Source: Podarcis vaucheri (lineage: Eukaryota). From it: 64,000 nucleotides of DNA. Both the position numbers and the translations under genes were made by a program. Position 1 is the first letter of the stretch; each line of letters begins with the position of its first letter. The stretch lies in NCBI GenBank assembly GCA_965113315.1, contig OZ220376.1. One strand, given 5' to 3'. Below, piece after piece: positions 21,676 to 35,016 of this stretch. The notes beneath the pieces are model-generated. The model did no database searches, was not told the DNA's origin, and was given only the letters and a program-made list of their open reading frames with translations.

Positions 21676-22388
21676 TAATTGCACAAGAATAGGAGATTCC
21701 ATGTTTATAAGTATAGGCCTGCATCCAAAGTTTTGCAAGCACAAGCGCAGTTCTTGAGCAGCACCAGTGTGCCATGTGGTAAACCACTCTTGAAAACCAG
21801 GGGACTCTCAAAAGCAGGTAGTGGCATGACCTGGGCACCTGCTCTTTAAAGGAAACGTTAAATCCCACTGGGCGTGTTCGGCCACTTCAGTGTGACTTAA
21901 AGTAGTTCTCTGTCCCTAACATATTTTTTGGATTAGTAGTTCACTGCCATTTGTGCAAATGATAGAGGATTGCGACATTTCTAAGATCGTTCAGTTTACA
22001 TTCCTAGTGATTATGTAGCATTAACTCCTTCCTTCTCCCCTGTCTTATTTTAAGACAGTGGTTCTCATGGCCGCATACTGCTCTTGAAGCAAAAGAGAGA
22101 CACAAATTGAAAAGCCAGCTGGTTTTTCTTTCTTACTGCTTTCTCCTATCTGTGGATGGTTAGACCTGCAGAGACTTCCAAAGAATGAGGGAGGAAATGA
22201 CAAATGGATTGGCTAAATGTCAAACCCATAGAAGGCCAGGACTTCCCCCAAAGAATCGTGGGCAGTGTAGAGTTGTTGGGACTCCTATTTCCGTCGCAGA
22301 GCTGCAATTTTCAGAGATCCGACAGCAGTCCTTTTTCTCAGAGAAGTCTGGGAACTGTAGCTCTGTGAGGGGAATAGGGACTTACTAA

Positions 22389-22742
22389 GGCGCTGTGGGC
22401 TAAAGCCTCAGCGCCTAGGGCTTGCCGATCGAAAGGTCGGCAGTTCGAATCCCCGCGGCGGGGTGCGCTCCCGCTGCTCGGTCCCAGCGCCTGCCAACCT
22501 AGCAGTTCGAAAGCACCCCCGGGGGCAAGTAGATAAATAGGTACCGCTTACCAGCGGGAAGGTAAACGGCGTTCCGTGTGCGGCTCTGGCTCGCCAGAGC
22601 AGCGTTGTCACGCTGGCCACGTGACCCGGAAGTGTCTCCGGACAGCGCTGGCCCCCGGCCAATAAATGTGAGATGGGCGCACAAACCCCAGAGTCTGTCA
22701 AGACTGGCCCGTTCGGGCAGGGGTACCTTTACCTTTACCTTT
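22389..22742 (+). mobile_element. Sauria SINE, young, slightly 5'-truncated
   Basis: Near-identical to 5161-5524; (ACCTTT)n tail. Confidence 0.92.
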
Positions 22743-23753
22743 AAGAGCCCTTGATAAACTACACTTCCCAGGATTCTTTAGAGGGAGCCATGACTGGTAA
22801 AGTGGTACAATACTGCTTTGACTGTATAGTGTAGATGGGGCCTAGGATTGTGTTCCCCAGCAGCAGCAATTTGGATGCTTCTTTGTGTTCTTGATAAGGG
22901 GGTGGATGTCATGACTTCCCCCTTTTGTTACCAGCATCCGATCCTCAAGAGGTGAGCATTCTTCCATCCCCCATATAATTGGCTCCGTGAAATTGCAAAG
23001 GAGGAAGAGTTGATTCTCTGGAGGAAGCCTGCCCTCTCCTCTGTTCTAAATGTGGGCCTCCTGATCATTATTTTGTTGTAGCACACCGTGTTAAGACTTG
23101 CTGGCTAAATTGTTTAAACCTTTGGACAGTGATGTGGGGTGGGCAAATTTCCAAGGCAAGGATTTATTATCACTATTGGGGGGGATCAATGTCATAAATA
23201 TATTAGCATTATTGAAGAATATTAGGCTAGCCTGACGTTTTCATAGCTGTAATGAATGTTTTCAGGTGATTGTCCCTATGCAAGTCAGCAAATTGCATAT
23301 AGTTCTTTGTGTTGCTGAAATTTATTGCGCCAACGGTTTTCAGTACTTTTGTTTGTTTTTCTTAAGCTTGAACAAAATGAGGGAAGTACATGATAATGTA
23401 TTTAGATTTTTTACAAGCACATATTCCAGTTCGGTTCTCCTTAATAGCATCTTTAAAGCACATTAAGTGTGCCTTAATTTGCTTCCTCAAATATTTCAGG
23501 TGAAATACTTGTGCTGCATTGGGGCATAAAATTAACGTGGGGAACTTTTATTAGCTTTGTTTACTAAATAAAGGTAAAGTAAACATGCTGAATTAGAACA
23601 CTCCCTAGGGTAGAGATAGCCAAGCGCTTGTCTCCAGCTGTTGTTGGACTCCCAACTTCTATCAGCCGCAGCCACCATTGCCAATGGTATGGATAATGGG
23701 AGTTGGAGTCCAGCAACATCTGGAGGCACTATGTGGCCTCCTTGGCTCTAGGG

Positions 23754-23891
23754 CAGGGTTTCCCAAACTTGGGTCTCCAGCTCTTTTTTTTACTACAACT
23801 CCCATCATCCCTAGCTAGCAGGACCCAGTTGTCAGCGATGGTGGGAATTGGAGTCCAAAAACAGCTGGAGACCCAAGTTTGGGAAGCCCTG
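23754..23891. mobile_element. hAT-type palindromic MITE
   Basis: CAGGGTTTCCCAAACTTGGGTCTCCAGCT inverted ends; TSD CTCTAGGG. Confidence 0.88.
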
Positions 23892-24479
23892 CTCTAGGGC
23901 ATTAAAGAGTTTTTTAAAAACCCACTACACATTACTATAATTTATATCAAGATTTTATTTCCAGAATTTTTTCCAGTGCAGCATTTTCCAGAAAACTCAC
24001 ATCACTTCCCTTGGAGGATATGTCATTAGTGCCAGCCGCTTCCCGCACAACTGTACACTCTGTCCAGTGTCATCTAGCATTTCTAATTACTGCCCTGAAG
24101 AGGGTATTGCTGTTGTCTTTGTATCTTCTGTGTTCTGCTCTGCCTGACCTGCATTCACCCTTCGTGCCTGTAATATTGGCCTTCTGCCAGCATGGCCTGC
24201 TTTGCTCTATTCTTTTGGAGCCTGCAGCGCAAGCAGAACCAAAAAAGTGGCTGAGAGTCTGGTTCCTGTAGTAGTGTGAGCAGACAGTACGTTTACTTTA
24301 CAAATCCACTGGTGTGCTGTAAGCCAGCATTCTGAATTACTGCCAAATGCTAAGCGGGGTGTACAAGCACACATCTGATTCCCACCCTACACCAAAAGAG
24401 AGATTTGTTATTTTAAATATGAAAAGTAAGTGAGTACCAAATATAACCATATTTTGCTGGGCATTATGGCTTATTGATA

Positions 24480-24834
24480 GGGACATGGGTGATGCTGTGG
24501 GTTAAACCACTGTGCCACTTGGGTTTGCCGATCAAGAGGTCGGCAGTTCGAATCCCCGCGATAGGGTGAGCTCCCATTGTTCAGTCCCAGCTCCTGCCAA
24601 CGTAGCAGTTAGAAAGCACACAGTGCAAGTAGATAAATAGGTACCGCTCTGGCGGGAAGGTAAACGGCGTTTCCGTGCGCTGCTCTGGTTTTGCCAGAAG
24701 CGGTTTAGTCATGCTGGCCGCTTGACCTGGAAAACTGCGGACAAACTCTGGCTCCCTCAGCCTATAAAGCGAGATGAGCGCCGCAACCGCAGAGTCGTTC
24801 ATGACTGGACTTAATTGTCAGAGGTTCCTTTACC
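24480..24834 (+). mobile_element. Sauria SINE
   Basis: Full head and core; degenerate TSD TATGGCTTA. Confidence 0.88.
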
Positions 24835-25938
24835 TATGGCTTACGGAAATCTGCTCCCCGAGTTTGGTGCTTTTGTGCATTTTTGTATTTTCTTTTTCTC
24901 AGTTTGCTGTTTTGGCACTTAGTTTCTTTTATGTGAGTATTCTAATCTGTATTTGATCTTGCTAGCTTTAAATAATGCATAATTTTCATAGTGAACATTA
25001 ACTTAAGTTCAAATGCATTAAAATGAAATTTGAGGGCTTCAGAAGCATTTCAAATTCGTATTTGGATCAACCAGATAGTAGGGAATCTGGGAAACAAACC
25101 ACCAGATCTCCCTTCTGCATGTTTGTCCTATGTAATGATACTTGGAAAATTACTCCTAACCGCTGTGGTGCTTCAAAGTTCAACATGTTTGTAAAGTGCT
25201 TTGATTCTGCTTACAACAGGGTCATTAGAATCACAACCTCTGGAGTCTGATTCATTTGATGATACAGGCAAATAGATAGCTTTTTTGTGTGCTACATTGC
25301 AAAAAAAGATTGTTTTTAAATTGGCAAATTTTAAAAGGCACATTTGGCAAGAGTAAGCCATGTTTTAGGATTACGTGAATGAGCAGCAGTGAGCCTTGGT
25401 CTTGGACCCCCACCCAAGCATGTTCAGGTTTTTTTTAATTGACCAGAACTCCACATAATATCAAGACTGATTAGTTTAATCTATGGCTTGTTTGAGCAAG
25501 CCAAGGTCAAGCCATGGCTTATGATCCTGGCTTACTAGCAAACCGCTGGCTAACCAGAGTTCCCTGAGTTTGAGTGTTACAGGGAACTTTAGTTCATTTA
25601 AAAGTGGTTGCTTTTGATGTCCTTGTGGCATTGCTGGAAGAGGGGAGAGAGAGCACACAATTTCAAGGCTTTCTGCTGCTTTAAACAATGGGTTAGCATC
25701 GCATGCAAAACAGGGCAAAGTGTCCCAAAAACCTCACCGAACAGATTATTGTGCATGTCTCAACACGTGCAATTTTAAGGAGTTCAGGGAATAGGAAGGG
25801 GGCAAACAGTAGGGTGAAAAGCCTAGAACCCTTTCCTTGTATCTACTTCAGATTAGCTGGCTTTTCTGGTTCTTGAGCTTTTATTGAAGGCAGTTATCTC
25901 TGTATTTATATCAATGCTGAATCTCTTATTTGTTTAAG

Positions 25939-25986
25939 GGGCATCAGCAGAATCTTCACAAGAGGAACAACCGTCACCTTGTGAAG
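25939..25986 (+). CDS. GSPT1: eRF3a exon 2
   Basis: tttaag|GG...GAAG|gtaata; GASAESSQEEQPSPCE, compare human APVESSQEEQSLCE. Confidence 0.9.
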
Positions 25987-26153
25987 GTAATATGCATGTG
26001 TTTGCTGGAAAATCTAAAGTGGATCTAATTATGTGATTTAGGATACATTGTTAAACTTTTGCTAACATGCTGTGTTCTAAACACATGTTTAACCATGGCA
26101 TCTTGAGTTAGCGTCACATATTTAACATTCTGTATTTGATTCTCTTTCAACAG

Positions 26154-26195
26154 GGTCAAATGCTGCAGTCAGTATGGAAATCTCAGAACCAGTTG
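26154..26195 (+). CDS. GSPT1: eRF3a exon 3
   Basis: caacag|GG...GTTG|gtaagt; GSNAAVSMEISEPV. Confidence 0.93.
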
Positions 26196-27429
26196 GTAAG
26201 TGCAGTTATGTAATACAGCTAGAAGTGCTGTTTGATAGCACTTGACTTGTTTAATTGAAGATACTGCTAATTGAGTCTTTGCTGTTTTATTGTGACAGAA
26301 CATAGTGTAGCCCCTTTGTACCTGTATTTGAAAATCTTTCAAGCCAGTGGGCAGAAGGTAGATCTGAACATCTACCGAAAGGTTTGAGTGATTTGAAGTT
26401 GGTGTGCAAAGGTTTCTGACTACCACTTGTTAAACGATAGTATTGAGAAGGGCTTCTTCCACTTTAAACTAGACTTTTAAAAATAGCAGTGCAGGTTGAG
26501 GAGAGGGAATGGAACTGAATTCTTGTGTAAAATGACTGTGATCTCATACAGAAAACAAACTCCTTCTGGGATCAGCATGTGGTCAAGCATTTTCCTTAAT
26601 TCCTTAAGTGAATGGTATCTAATGTTTTCATTCTGCAAACAGAAGAAGCTTCCATTCACACAATAACCCCTTCCATGAGCATACTCTTCCTTGAATGAAG
26701 CAAGAACTTTGAATACCACCAAGTGTGTTGTACTCTCCCTCAAGCCACCCTTTTGTCCCTGCCTCAGTTGAAGGATGGGGAACCTCTGGCACACAAGCCA
26801 ATCTTATGTCTTCCAGAGTGTCTAATTAGGCCTGTGAGGCCATTCTTTTAAAGCCTTACCTACCTACCCAACAGATGCTGTCAATCCAATGCCAGCTAGT
26901 GGGCAGGGCAGGGGGTTGGTTCTTCACTGACTGTACACCCCAATTCCACTGCTGTGGAAGAGTGTGCCATATCCAAACTCTGAGCCGGATTTAACTCTGC
27001 TCATCAGCTGGTGAACAGGGGTTAAAACCCTGCTCGGTTTGACTGTGCACATGCAGCCAAAGCTCAGTGCGGGGCTGTTTGCAAAAGCTGATGAGTTTTC
27101 AAACAGCGCAGAGCCCTTTGTTTTGCAAGCAGTCCCAAGCTGCTCTTTAAAGCTTCAAAAACCAAAGATTCAAAGAGCAGCACAGGTCTGTTTCCAAAAG
27201 GGTTTTCATCCAGTCTCCTGCTGCACTTTGAAGTCCCAACAGTCAAGATTTCAAAGCATAGTGTCACCTGGTGTCACTATGAGATTTCAGACACCTGAAA
27301 TCTGCCTACCCGTATTCTTCCCACCTCTATTGTGGAATGTCAAGTAAGAGTATATTGATGTCGGGCTTCAAATTCTCAAGTAGTCTCATACTTTAGGTAG
27401 ACTGACCAGTTTTCATGGGCAATTTTAAC

Positions 27430-27560
27430 TTAGCTCAGTAGGTCACACATGAGGCTCTTAATCTCATGTTTGTAAATTTGAGTCCCATGTTGGGCAAGAT
27501 CCTTGCACTGCATGGGGTTGGATTAGATGACCCTTGTGGTCCCTTCCATTTCTGTTATTA
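27430..27560 (+). mobile_element. SINE with tRNA-Lys(CTT)-like head and CR1-like tail
   Basis: TAGCTCAGTAGG...CTCTTAATCTC head; GGGGTTGGATTAGATGACC...GGTCCCTTCC tail. Confidence 0.65.
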
Positions 27561-27990
27561 TATTTGAAACACTTTGAACATGAGGAAGGAAGGGACCAAG
27601 TGTTTAGTCATCCTCATAAACTGAGTAGTAATTAATAAATATAGGTATACAAAAACTGTATAATCTCTTCAAAAACTGTATAATCTTGACGTGTTTTGTG
27701 TATGTTCTGCAACTGAAAATTCTATTGTCTTAAAATAGTCTGCTGATACCTATGAATTGTAGCATGCTTTGAAAATGACTTGTAACATCCAGTTTAGAAC
27801 AAAGCTTTTGGAAAAGAAGCTTCAGCCAGCAGAACAAGATCAGAAAAGATGGAACTTGCAGCAGTAGAACTTTTAACTGCTTAGATGTAACATACCTGCC
27901 TTTGAAGTACCGCTAACCTTTTGTTTTCTCCTAAAAGAAAGCAGATGAAAATTTTCCATTTGTTCAGATAAACTCTTTGCTAAATTCCAG

Positions 27991-28218
27991 TAGAAAACGG
28001 AGAAACGGAAATGTCCCCTGAAGAATCATGGGATCACAAAGAAGAAGCTATTGAACCTGAGTTAGCAAGTGGACCTTCTGGAGATGCAGGACCTACCGAG
28101 GAAGGCACCCCGGAAATGATGGAGGAGGAAGAGGAACTACCAAAACCTAAATCTATGATGGCACCACCAGGTGCTCCCAAAAAAGAACATGTAAATGTAG
28201 TATTCATTGGACATGTAG
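27991..28218 (+). CDS. GSPT1: eRF3a exon 4
   Basis: ttccag|TAGAAAAC...GTAG|gtaagc; VENGETEMSPEESW...APKKEHVNVVFIGHV. Confidence 0.96.
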
Positions 28219-28697
28219 GTAAGCTGCTGATAAGCGCAGGGAGGGTGGGGGCATAATATGTTTTTTAACCTGATCTTATTACTGGGACCATCTTTAATGC
28301 TTTCAGAGTATACCTTTTTAGATGCTAATGTTAGATTCTATATAAAATTGCAGGTTTGCCTTTCATACAGATTGGCAAAAGTTTAAAGAATATAGTAAGT
28401 TTGCTAGCGACAGTGCAGGCTTAGGCATGTCTTCTTTGAAGTTTAGTGGGACTTGGTCCCAGAGGATTTTATAGGATGGCAACCTAATAATTATCCTCCT
28501 TGGAAGAGTTCAGAATAGTGTGCATAGTCAACCCTTCCTTTCTTCCGTGTCTCACCAAAACAAATAGGTGCAGCAGAGAGTGACTCATTCACGATTACTG
28601 CTGAGTAGACATCTGAAGCACAGGAAGCTGTAATAATCTAGTTGTCTGCCTGCCTAACTCAGTATTATCTTCTTTGACTGGAAGCAGCTCTTTAGAG

Positions 28698-28892
28698 CAG
28701 GGGTTGGCAACCTAAGGCCCATGGGCCACAAGGAAGCTCCTGCAGCCAGTGAGAAGCTGCACACGCCTCCTCCGTGCTGGAAGGAGCGCCAGAAATAGCG
28801 TTTGTGCGTGCGTGCATGTGCGCACTCCGGCCCACAGTGGCATCTGCAGGACCGTGAACCGGCCCAAGCCACAAAAACTTTGCCGACCCCTG
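28698..28892. mobile_element. hAT-type MITE
   Basis: CAGGGGTTGGCAA / TTGCCGACCCCTG ends; TSD CTTTAGAG/CTCTAGAG. Confidence 0.82.
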
Positions 28893-29832
28893 CTCTAGAG
28901 TCTCAGACAGCAGTGTTTTCAGTGCTTGCTACTGAATCCTTTCAAGTGGGTGTGTCAGGGTAGGTCCAGTGGTACCTGCTATTCAGGAATACCTCTGGCT
29001 ATGCAGGGAACCTTTGGCCCTCCGGATGTTGTTGAATTATAACTCCCATCATCTCTGGCCACTGACCACGCTTGCTGAGGCTGATGGGAGTTGTAGTTCA
29101 ACAACATTGAGGGTCAAAGTTTTCCGACACTTGCTCTCGCATATGCATTGCTTGTCAAGTAAATGACTTGGTTGCAGTTATGCATAAAGCTGATAAACCT
29201 GAAATTATAATGGTTGGTTAATGCATAATGCAGCAGGGAGGGGGGAGGAACTGCTAATTAGAATTCCTGCTTGCTCATATGACGTGGTGTCTGGGCTCTT
29301 TCTCCTTAATAAGAAGTCTCCTTGCAGGGAGAGTAAAATAAATAAAGTGCTTGTTAAGGACACTGACATCTAGAACTAATGCTGTGGACTTTAAAACAAG
29401 AAACAGCAGCAGCAGCAGCATACAGAGAATAGAAAAGGGCATGATTTGCTCCACATCCTTTCAAAATCATTTGCACACTTAGTGTGCCTTCATATGTTCA
29501 TTACATCCTCCTTTACAGAACAACTTACCTCTCAAACTGCCCAGTTAAACTCCGTTATTGGATCCACTCATTTTGTTGCTAGTTCATTTTATGAAGCAAT
29601 GCATTTTTAGAAAAGGAATTTTTTTTAACAATGGAAGATTTTTCTTAGCATTTCCACAGGCAATTTTTGACCCCGCATCATTGGTGATACTAATATGAAA
29701 GACAAAAGAATATCATGATGGGGAAATCCAACACTTTAATAGAATGAGAGAAGTAGCTTAGGTGGTTGGGGAAAGCTTACTTTGAAAATCCATTTTTCTT
29801 TAAAAAATTGCTCTCTACATTTTTTTGGCTAG

Positions 29833-29866
29833 ATGCTGGCAAATCAACAATTGGAGGACAAATAAT
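29833..29866 (+). CDS. GSPT1: eRF3a exon 5 (P-loop DAGKST)
   Basis: gctag|ATGCTGGCAAATCAACA...AAT|gtaagc; DAGKSTIGGQIM. Confidence 0.96.
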
Positions 29867-30249
29867 GTAAGCAGCTTAATTTATCAAATCTTTGAAACGT
29901 TTGTGCTTGATTGCTTTTGTTGACGTAGACTTACCTGCAGTGCAGCATTAGTCTGAATCTCTTTCCAATTGTTTTCTTTCTATTGTGAAGTCTATTGTAA
30001 ATGCCCATAGACATTTTCCTAACCTTTCCTGTAGTTCTGCAGTTTAGACCAGGATAGTGAACATGAGGCCTTCCAGATGTTACTGGACTCCATCTCCCAT
30101 CAGCCTCAGCCAGCATGACCAATAGAGATGATGGAAGTTGGAGTCCAGCAACATCCAGAGAGCCACAGGTTTCCCCAGTCCTGATACAGATTACAAAATT
30201 GTCATATGCCCATACTAAATGCTGTTTCTCAATGTAAATGTTTGATCAT

Positions 30250-30406
30250 TTAATTAATAATTAATTAATTTTTATAATGAATGATTTTAGAATGTTGTTT
30301 ATGTTGTACTTTTGTACTGTTTTATTGTTGTTAGCCGCCCTGAGCCCGGCTTCGGCTGGGGAGGGCGGGATATAAATAAAATTTATTATTATTATTATTA
30401 TTATTA
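30250..30406 (+). repeat. LINE 3' end with (ATT)n tail
   Basis: GTTAGCCGCCCTGAG...GGGCGGGATATAAATAAA followed by (TTA)n. Confidence 0.65.
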
Positions 30407-30741
30407 TCAAAACCTGCTTCTCATGCAGCACTGTAGTCCAGGTTTTCCCATACTTGGGTTTCCAGCTGTTATTGGACTATAACTCCCATTCCTGTCTAGC
30501 AGAACCAGTGATCAGGGATGATGGGAATTGTAGTCCCAAAACAGCTTGTCTTAACTATTTTCTGTGGATTGGCTATCTTTATATGCTGCTGTGTATGCCA
30601 ATGAAGCAGTGAGCTGTATGGATGGTTTATTTACCTTTCTGATGGTTTATTTACCACCTCATTCTATCTCCTTAAAAATAAAGCTGCTTTCTGCAGGCAG
30701 CTTCTACATTCTAAACAACATACGGATCTATTTTTTTCTAG

Positions 30742-30819
30742 GTACTTGACAGGCATGGTTGATAAAAGAACACTTGAAAAATATGAAAGAGAAGCTAAAG
30801 AAAAAAACAGAGAAACCTG
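30742..30819 (+). CDS. GSPT1: eRF3a exon 6
   Basis: YLTGMVDKRTLEKYEREAKEKNRETW, AG/GT bounded. Confidence 0.96.
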
Positions 30820-31516
30820 GTATGAAACCCCCTACATCTTATGATGAAGATGCTTTAACCTATGTGGATTGTTTTTCCCCTCTCTCTTTGGCAAGAAATA
30901 GATAAAGTTCCTGGAGAGCAGGTTCTGACTTAAGAGAATACCAGCTTAGGGGCTGAGTGAGGAGGAGCCTCTGTTACCTGTCGTAGTTGATGGGTTGCAG
31001 CCATTGTTAGTCTACTCAGAGTAACATTGCTGCATTTGCAGCACTGAAGTGACATCTCTAGGGCACAAGCCTGGGCAGTGTATATGGAGGTCCTGGCTTG
31101 CCCAGACGGCAGGACCTCCCCTCTCGGCCTCACTGATGTGGTCCAAAGGAAAGGAAAGCAATACATCTGCACCAGCTTAGCTGCAGGAGTTGCCTGAAGG
31201 AAGCATACAAGATGCCATCTAGCTGCCATCCAGCTTCCTTAGGGACTCCACTCTGGGTTTATGTAGGGGTTACTTCCTAACCTTTTCTTCTCCTGAAGAT
31301 GGCTAGCAAGGCAGTCGGTACACGTTTTCTAGAAATGCTCTCCTTTACTTCAGTTGTATGCTAGAATGCTGGGCTTTGAAAGCACAGTCAGCTGCCTCGC
31401 CCAGTTCTTGCGAGTTTCTGGGGATGTTCAGATACATTTTTTTGTGCCTAGATGGCTTTTGAGAACCATTGAGCCGCACAGTGCTAGTGTGATCACACTT
31501 TTCCCTCTCCCTGTAG

Positions 31517-31697
31517 GTACCTCTCCTGGGCCTTGGACACAAACCAGGAAGAAAGAGACAAAGGTAAAACAGTGGAAGTGGGCCGTGCCTATTTTGAAAC
31601 GGAGAAGAAACACTTCACAATTTTAGATGCTCCAGGGCATAAGAGCTTTGTCCCAAATATGATTGGTGGTGCTTCTCAAGCTGATCTAGCTGTCTTG
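31517..31697 (+). CDS. GSPT1: eRF3a exon 7
   Basis: [22 protein letters not shown]...[26 protein letters not shown] (G3 DAPG). Confidence 0.97.
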
Positions 31698-32401
31698 GTA
31701 AGAAATCATTCAGTCCCTCTCTGTGTTAAGGAGCCCTTGGCAGATGTTTAGCTGAAAAAACCTGTTACTGTTTTTTACTGATGTACGTTTCTTGCAGCTG
31801 TAGTGACCTGTCTCATGGTCTCATTTTATTTCATTTTTTACTCTGTGTATGCATCAACTAAGGCAGGGGTATGGAACCTTTTTCAGCCTGGAGTCACATG
31901 CCAGTGCAGGGGTGGGTGTAGAGGCAAAATTGAATGGAGCAACAAAGTTAATTTTTAGTATACTAGACAACTTCCTACACTTGTTTGCAGACCCATCTCG
32001 ATCCTCCATCTGGACGAGAAAAAGCCGTTAGTAGAGTTCAGGGACACCTTCTAACCATACAAAAACATTTGGAGTGGAAAGCAGGGACAATGAATGGTGA
32101 GGCTTGTGTAAAGTTTCGAGGGCCACACATCAAGGCCTGGAGGGCCACATTTGGCCCCTGAACCTGAGGTTCCACATCCCCGTTCCTAAGGAATTAGTAG
32201 TTGTAAGATAATGGCTTTTTATATAAAAATTGTAGTCTTGAGATTATTTGAACAGTTGACTTAAAAGAGCAATCCTCAACATAGGTCACCTTGCAAGGCC
32301 TAAAATCTCTGACAGTTCTTAATTCTAACTGGAGAAGAGCAAGGAATTGAGCTATAGCCCTAATAATTCAAACATTGTTGATTTATCTCCCTTCCAACTA
32401 G

Positions 32402-32556
32402 GTTATCTCTGCAAGGAAAGGAGAGTTTGAAACTGGTTTTGAGAAAGGGGGACAAACGAGAGAGCATGCCATGTTAGCGAAAACTGCAGGCGTAAAACAT
32501 TTAATAGTTCTTATTAATAAAATGGATGATCCAACTGTGAACTGGAGCAATGAAAG
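32402..32556 (+). CDS. GSPT1: eRF3a exon 8
   Basis: [23 protein letters not shown]...[16 protein letters not shown] (G4 NKMD). Confidence 0.97.
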
Positions 32557-33154
32557 GTGAGTAGAACTCTTGTTAAATTCTTGTTTTGTTTTTACGTGTT
32601 TTATCTACAGTGTGTATGTTATCTTTTTGTATTAGAAATGAGATTGGTCTTCTCCAGCCTAATATAACCTGTTGTCCTAAATTCTGGAAACCCAGGTGGA
32701 GTTATTCCAGAGCTACAAGGAAGATTAAATGTTGACATTGGGGTGCAAGATCACTCCCATTACATGACTAAAATGCATGCTGCAGAAATACAGGACTCTT
32801 TTTCACACAAGCCCTGTTGACCCATAACTAAAATTCCTGCATGTGGCTTTACTACCTTAGTATTCATGTGGCAATCAGATCATCAAGCAGTCAGATCATC
32901 AAGCCCTCTTTTATATGCCCTCACAGTAGTTAGAATGGGGACAGCAAGGACGTCACTGGAATGGCCCCTAGAATTTGGAATAATCCCTCAAATTAGACAT
33001 GATGAAGAGCCCATCTCTGGCTGTTTTCTATAGGAGCTTATTTCAGGAGGTCCGCTGATGCTCAAATAAGTTTTCATGCTGTCATTTTTGCCTTCACAAT
33101 AAGTTTAAATACTGTATATTTCCTTGAATATTGTAGAAAGGGCTATAATAGCTC

Positions 33155-33333
33155 ATGGCACTTGTCATGGTCCTCCGTGCGCCAGTAGCAGTTTAGTCAT
33201 GCTGGCCACATGACCAAGAAAGCTGTCTGTGGACAAACACTGGCTCCCTCAGCCTGAAAGCGAGATGAGTGCCGCAACCCCATAGTTGACTTTGACTGGA
33301 CCGAACCGTCCAGGGATCCTTTACCTTTTACCT
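33155..33333 (+). mobile_element. Sauria SINE, 3' half
   Basis: TTAGTCATGCTGGCCACATGACC...AAAGCGAGATGAG...CCTTTACC; TSD TAATAGCTC. Confidence 0.8.
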
Positions 33334-33483
33334 TAATAGCTCGGGGGTCCTAGATTTTGTTCCTGTCATCCCCTTTAAAGGTTCAGCTAGTAAGTAATGG
33401 GGGAAGACCCCTGTCTTTGTCTGAGATGAGAGACTGGGCACCTACTGTCACTGCTGAGCTAGCTGGAATAGTCTGACCTAGTA

Positions 33484-33716
33484 CAGTGGTACCTCGGGTT
33501 ACAGACACTTCAGGTTACATACGCTTCAGGTTACAGACTCCACTAACCCAGAAATAGTACCTTGGTTAAGAACTTTGCTTCAGGATGAGAACAGAAATCA
33601 TGGTCCGGCGGCAGCAGGAGGCCCCATTAGCTAAAGTGGTGCTTCAGGTTAAGAACAGTTTCAGGTTAAGAACGGACCTCTGGAACGAATTAAGTACTTA
33701 ACCCGAGGTACCATTG
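33484..33716. mobile_element. Tc1/mariner MITE, family A
   Basis: Same TIRs and TA TSD as the other family A copies. Confidence 0.85.
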
Positions 33717-34327
33717 TATAAGTGAGCAGTTGCTAATTCACATCTCCCCTTTACATACTAAGCCTGTGCTTTGCAAAGAATGCTGCCAGATTCACCCATG
33801 TGCAGTCTGACACAGTACAGTCTTACAAGGGCTACCACAATGTCATTCTCCTTGATTCCCACAAACCTCTAAACCTGTTTATACAAGGACTATCCCTTAT
33901 AGTAGAGGAAGGCAAAGATACCTGCGAAATTTACAGTAGATTGGCAAGGATTTGTGGCTCCCAGTTGCTTAACAATAACAACGACAAAAAGGGACCTTTT
34001 GCCCCACTCCCCTTTCCATTAGCCCACTATAATGAAGAAAGGATAACCAGGAGTCGGCTTTTGTATGAAAGAACCATGAGCTCAGTTGAGTTCTGGTGCT
34101 GAAAATGAATCCTAGGATCAAAATGTACATAGAGACACCCTCTTCTTTCATTTGGCATGTGTCTCTTCCATCTGGCTCTTGCTGGTAGATTTTCAGATTC
34201 TAATACAAAGCAGATCTAACAAGTCTGCCCAGCCCTGCTCTCTATAGCCTCCCTTCTACATTGGTGCCTATGATTGTTGGCAGATAAACAGCTCCATCAA
34301 AGTTTCTGGATAAAGGCAGGTGGTTTT

Positions 34328-34679
34328 GGGTGGCGCTGTGGGTAAAAGCCTCAGCGCCTAGGGCTTGCCGATCGAAAGGTCGGCAGTTCGAATCCCTGCG
34401 GCGGGGTGCGCTCCCGTTGTTCGGTCCCAGCGCCTGCCAACCTAGCAGTTCGAAAGCACCCTCGGGTGCAAGTAGATAAATAGGGACCGCTTACTAGCGG
34501 GAAGGTAAACGGCGTTTCCGTGTGCGTCTCTGGCTCGCCAGAGCAGCGATGTCACGCTGGCCACATGACCCGGAAGTGTCTCCGGACAGCGCTGGCCCCC
34601 GGCCTCTTGAGTGAGATGGGCGCACAACCCCAGAGTCTGTCAAGACTGGCCCGTACGGGCAGGGGTACCTTTACCTTTA
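34328..34679 (+). mobile_element. Sauria SINE
   Basis: Same subfamily as the 5161 copy. Confidence 0.9.
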
Positions 34680-34875
34680 TTTGGGAAAGATGTTCACTTG
34701 AACTTGATTCAAGCTCAGATCAATCAAGAAAGCATTGCAAGGTGAAATGTAAAGAGAAACTGGCAGTATCACACAACTCCTTGCCCCAGTGTCTCACCCT
34801 AGCACCTTTGACATAGCTGTTCCAAGACCATCCAAAGTCTGTTAAGGTTTTTCTTCTGTTGGGTGAAACTTTCAG

Positions 34876-35016
34876 GTATGAGGAATGTAAAGAGAAATTG
34901 GTGCCATTCTTGAAGAAAGTTGGCTTCAATCCGAAAAAAGATATTCACTTCATGCCCTGCTCTGGATTGACTGGAGCAAACCTCAAGGAACAATCGGACT
35001 TCTGTCCTTGGTATAT
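34876..35016 (+). CDS. GSPT1: eRF3a exon 9
   Basis: YEECKEKLVPFLKKVGFNPKKDIHFMPCSGLTGANLKEQSDFCPWY(I); donor AT|gtatgt. Confidence 0.95.
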
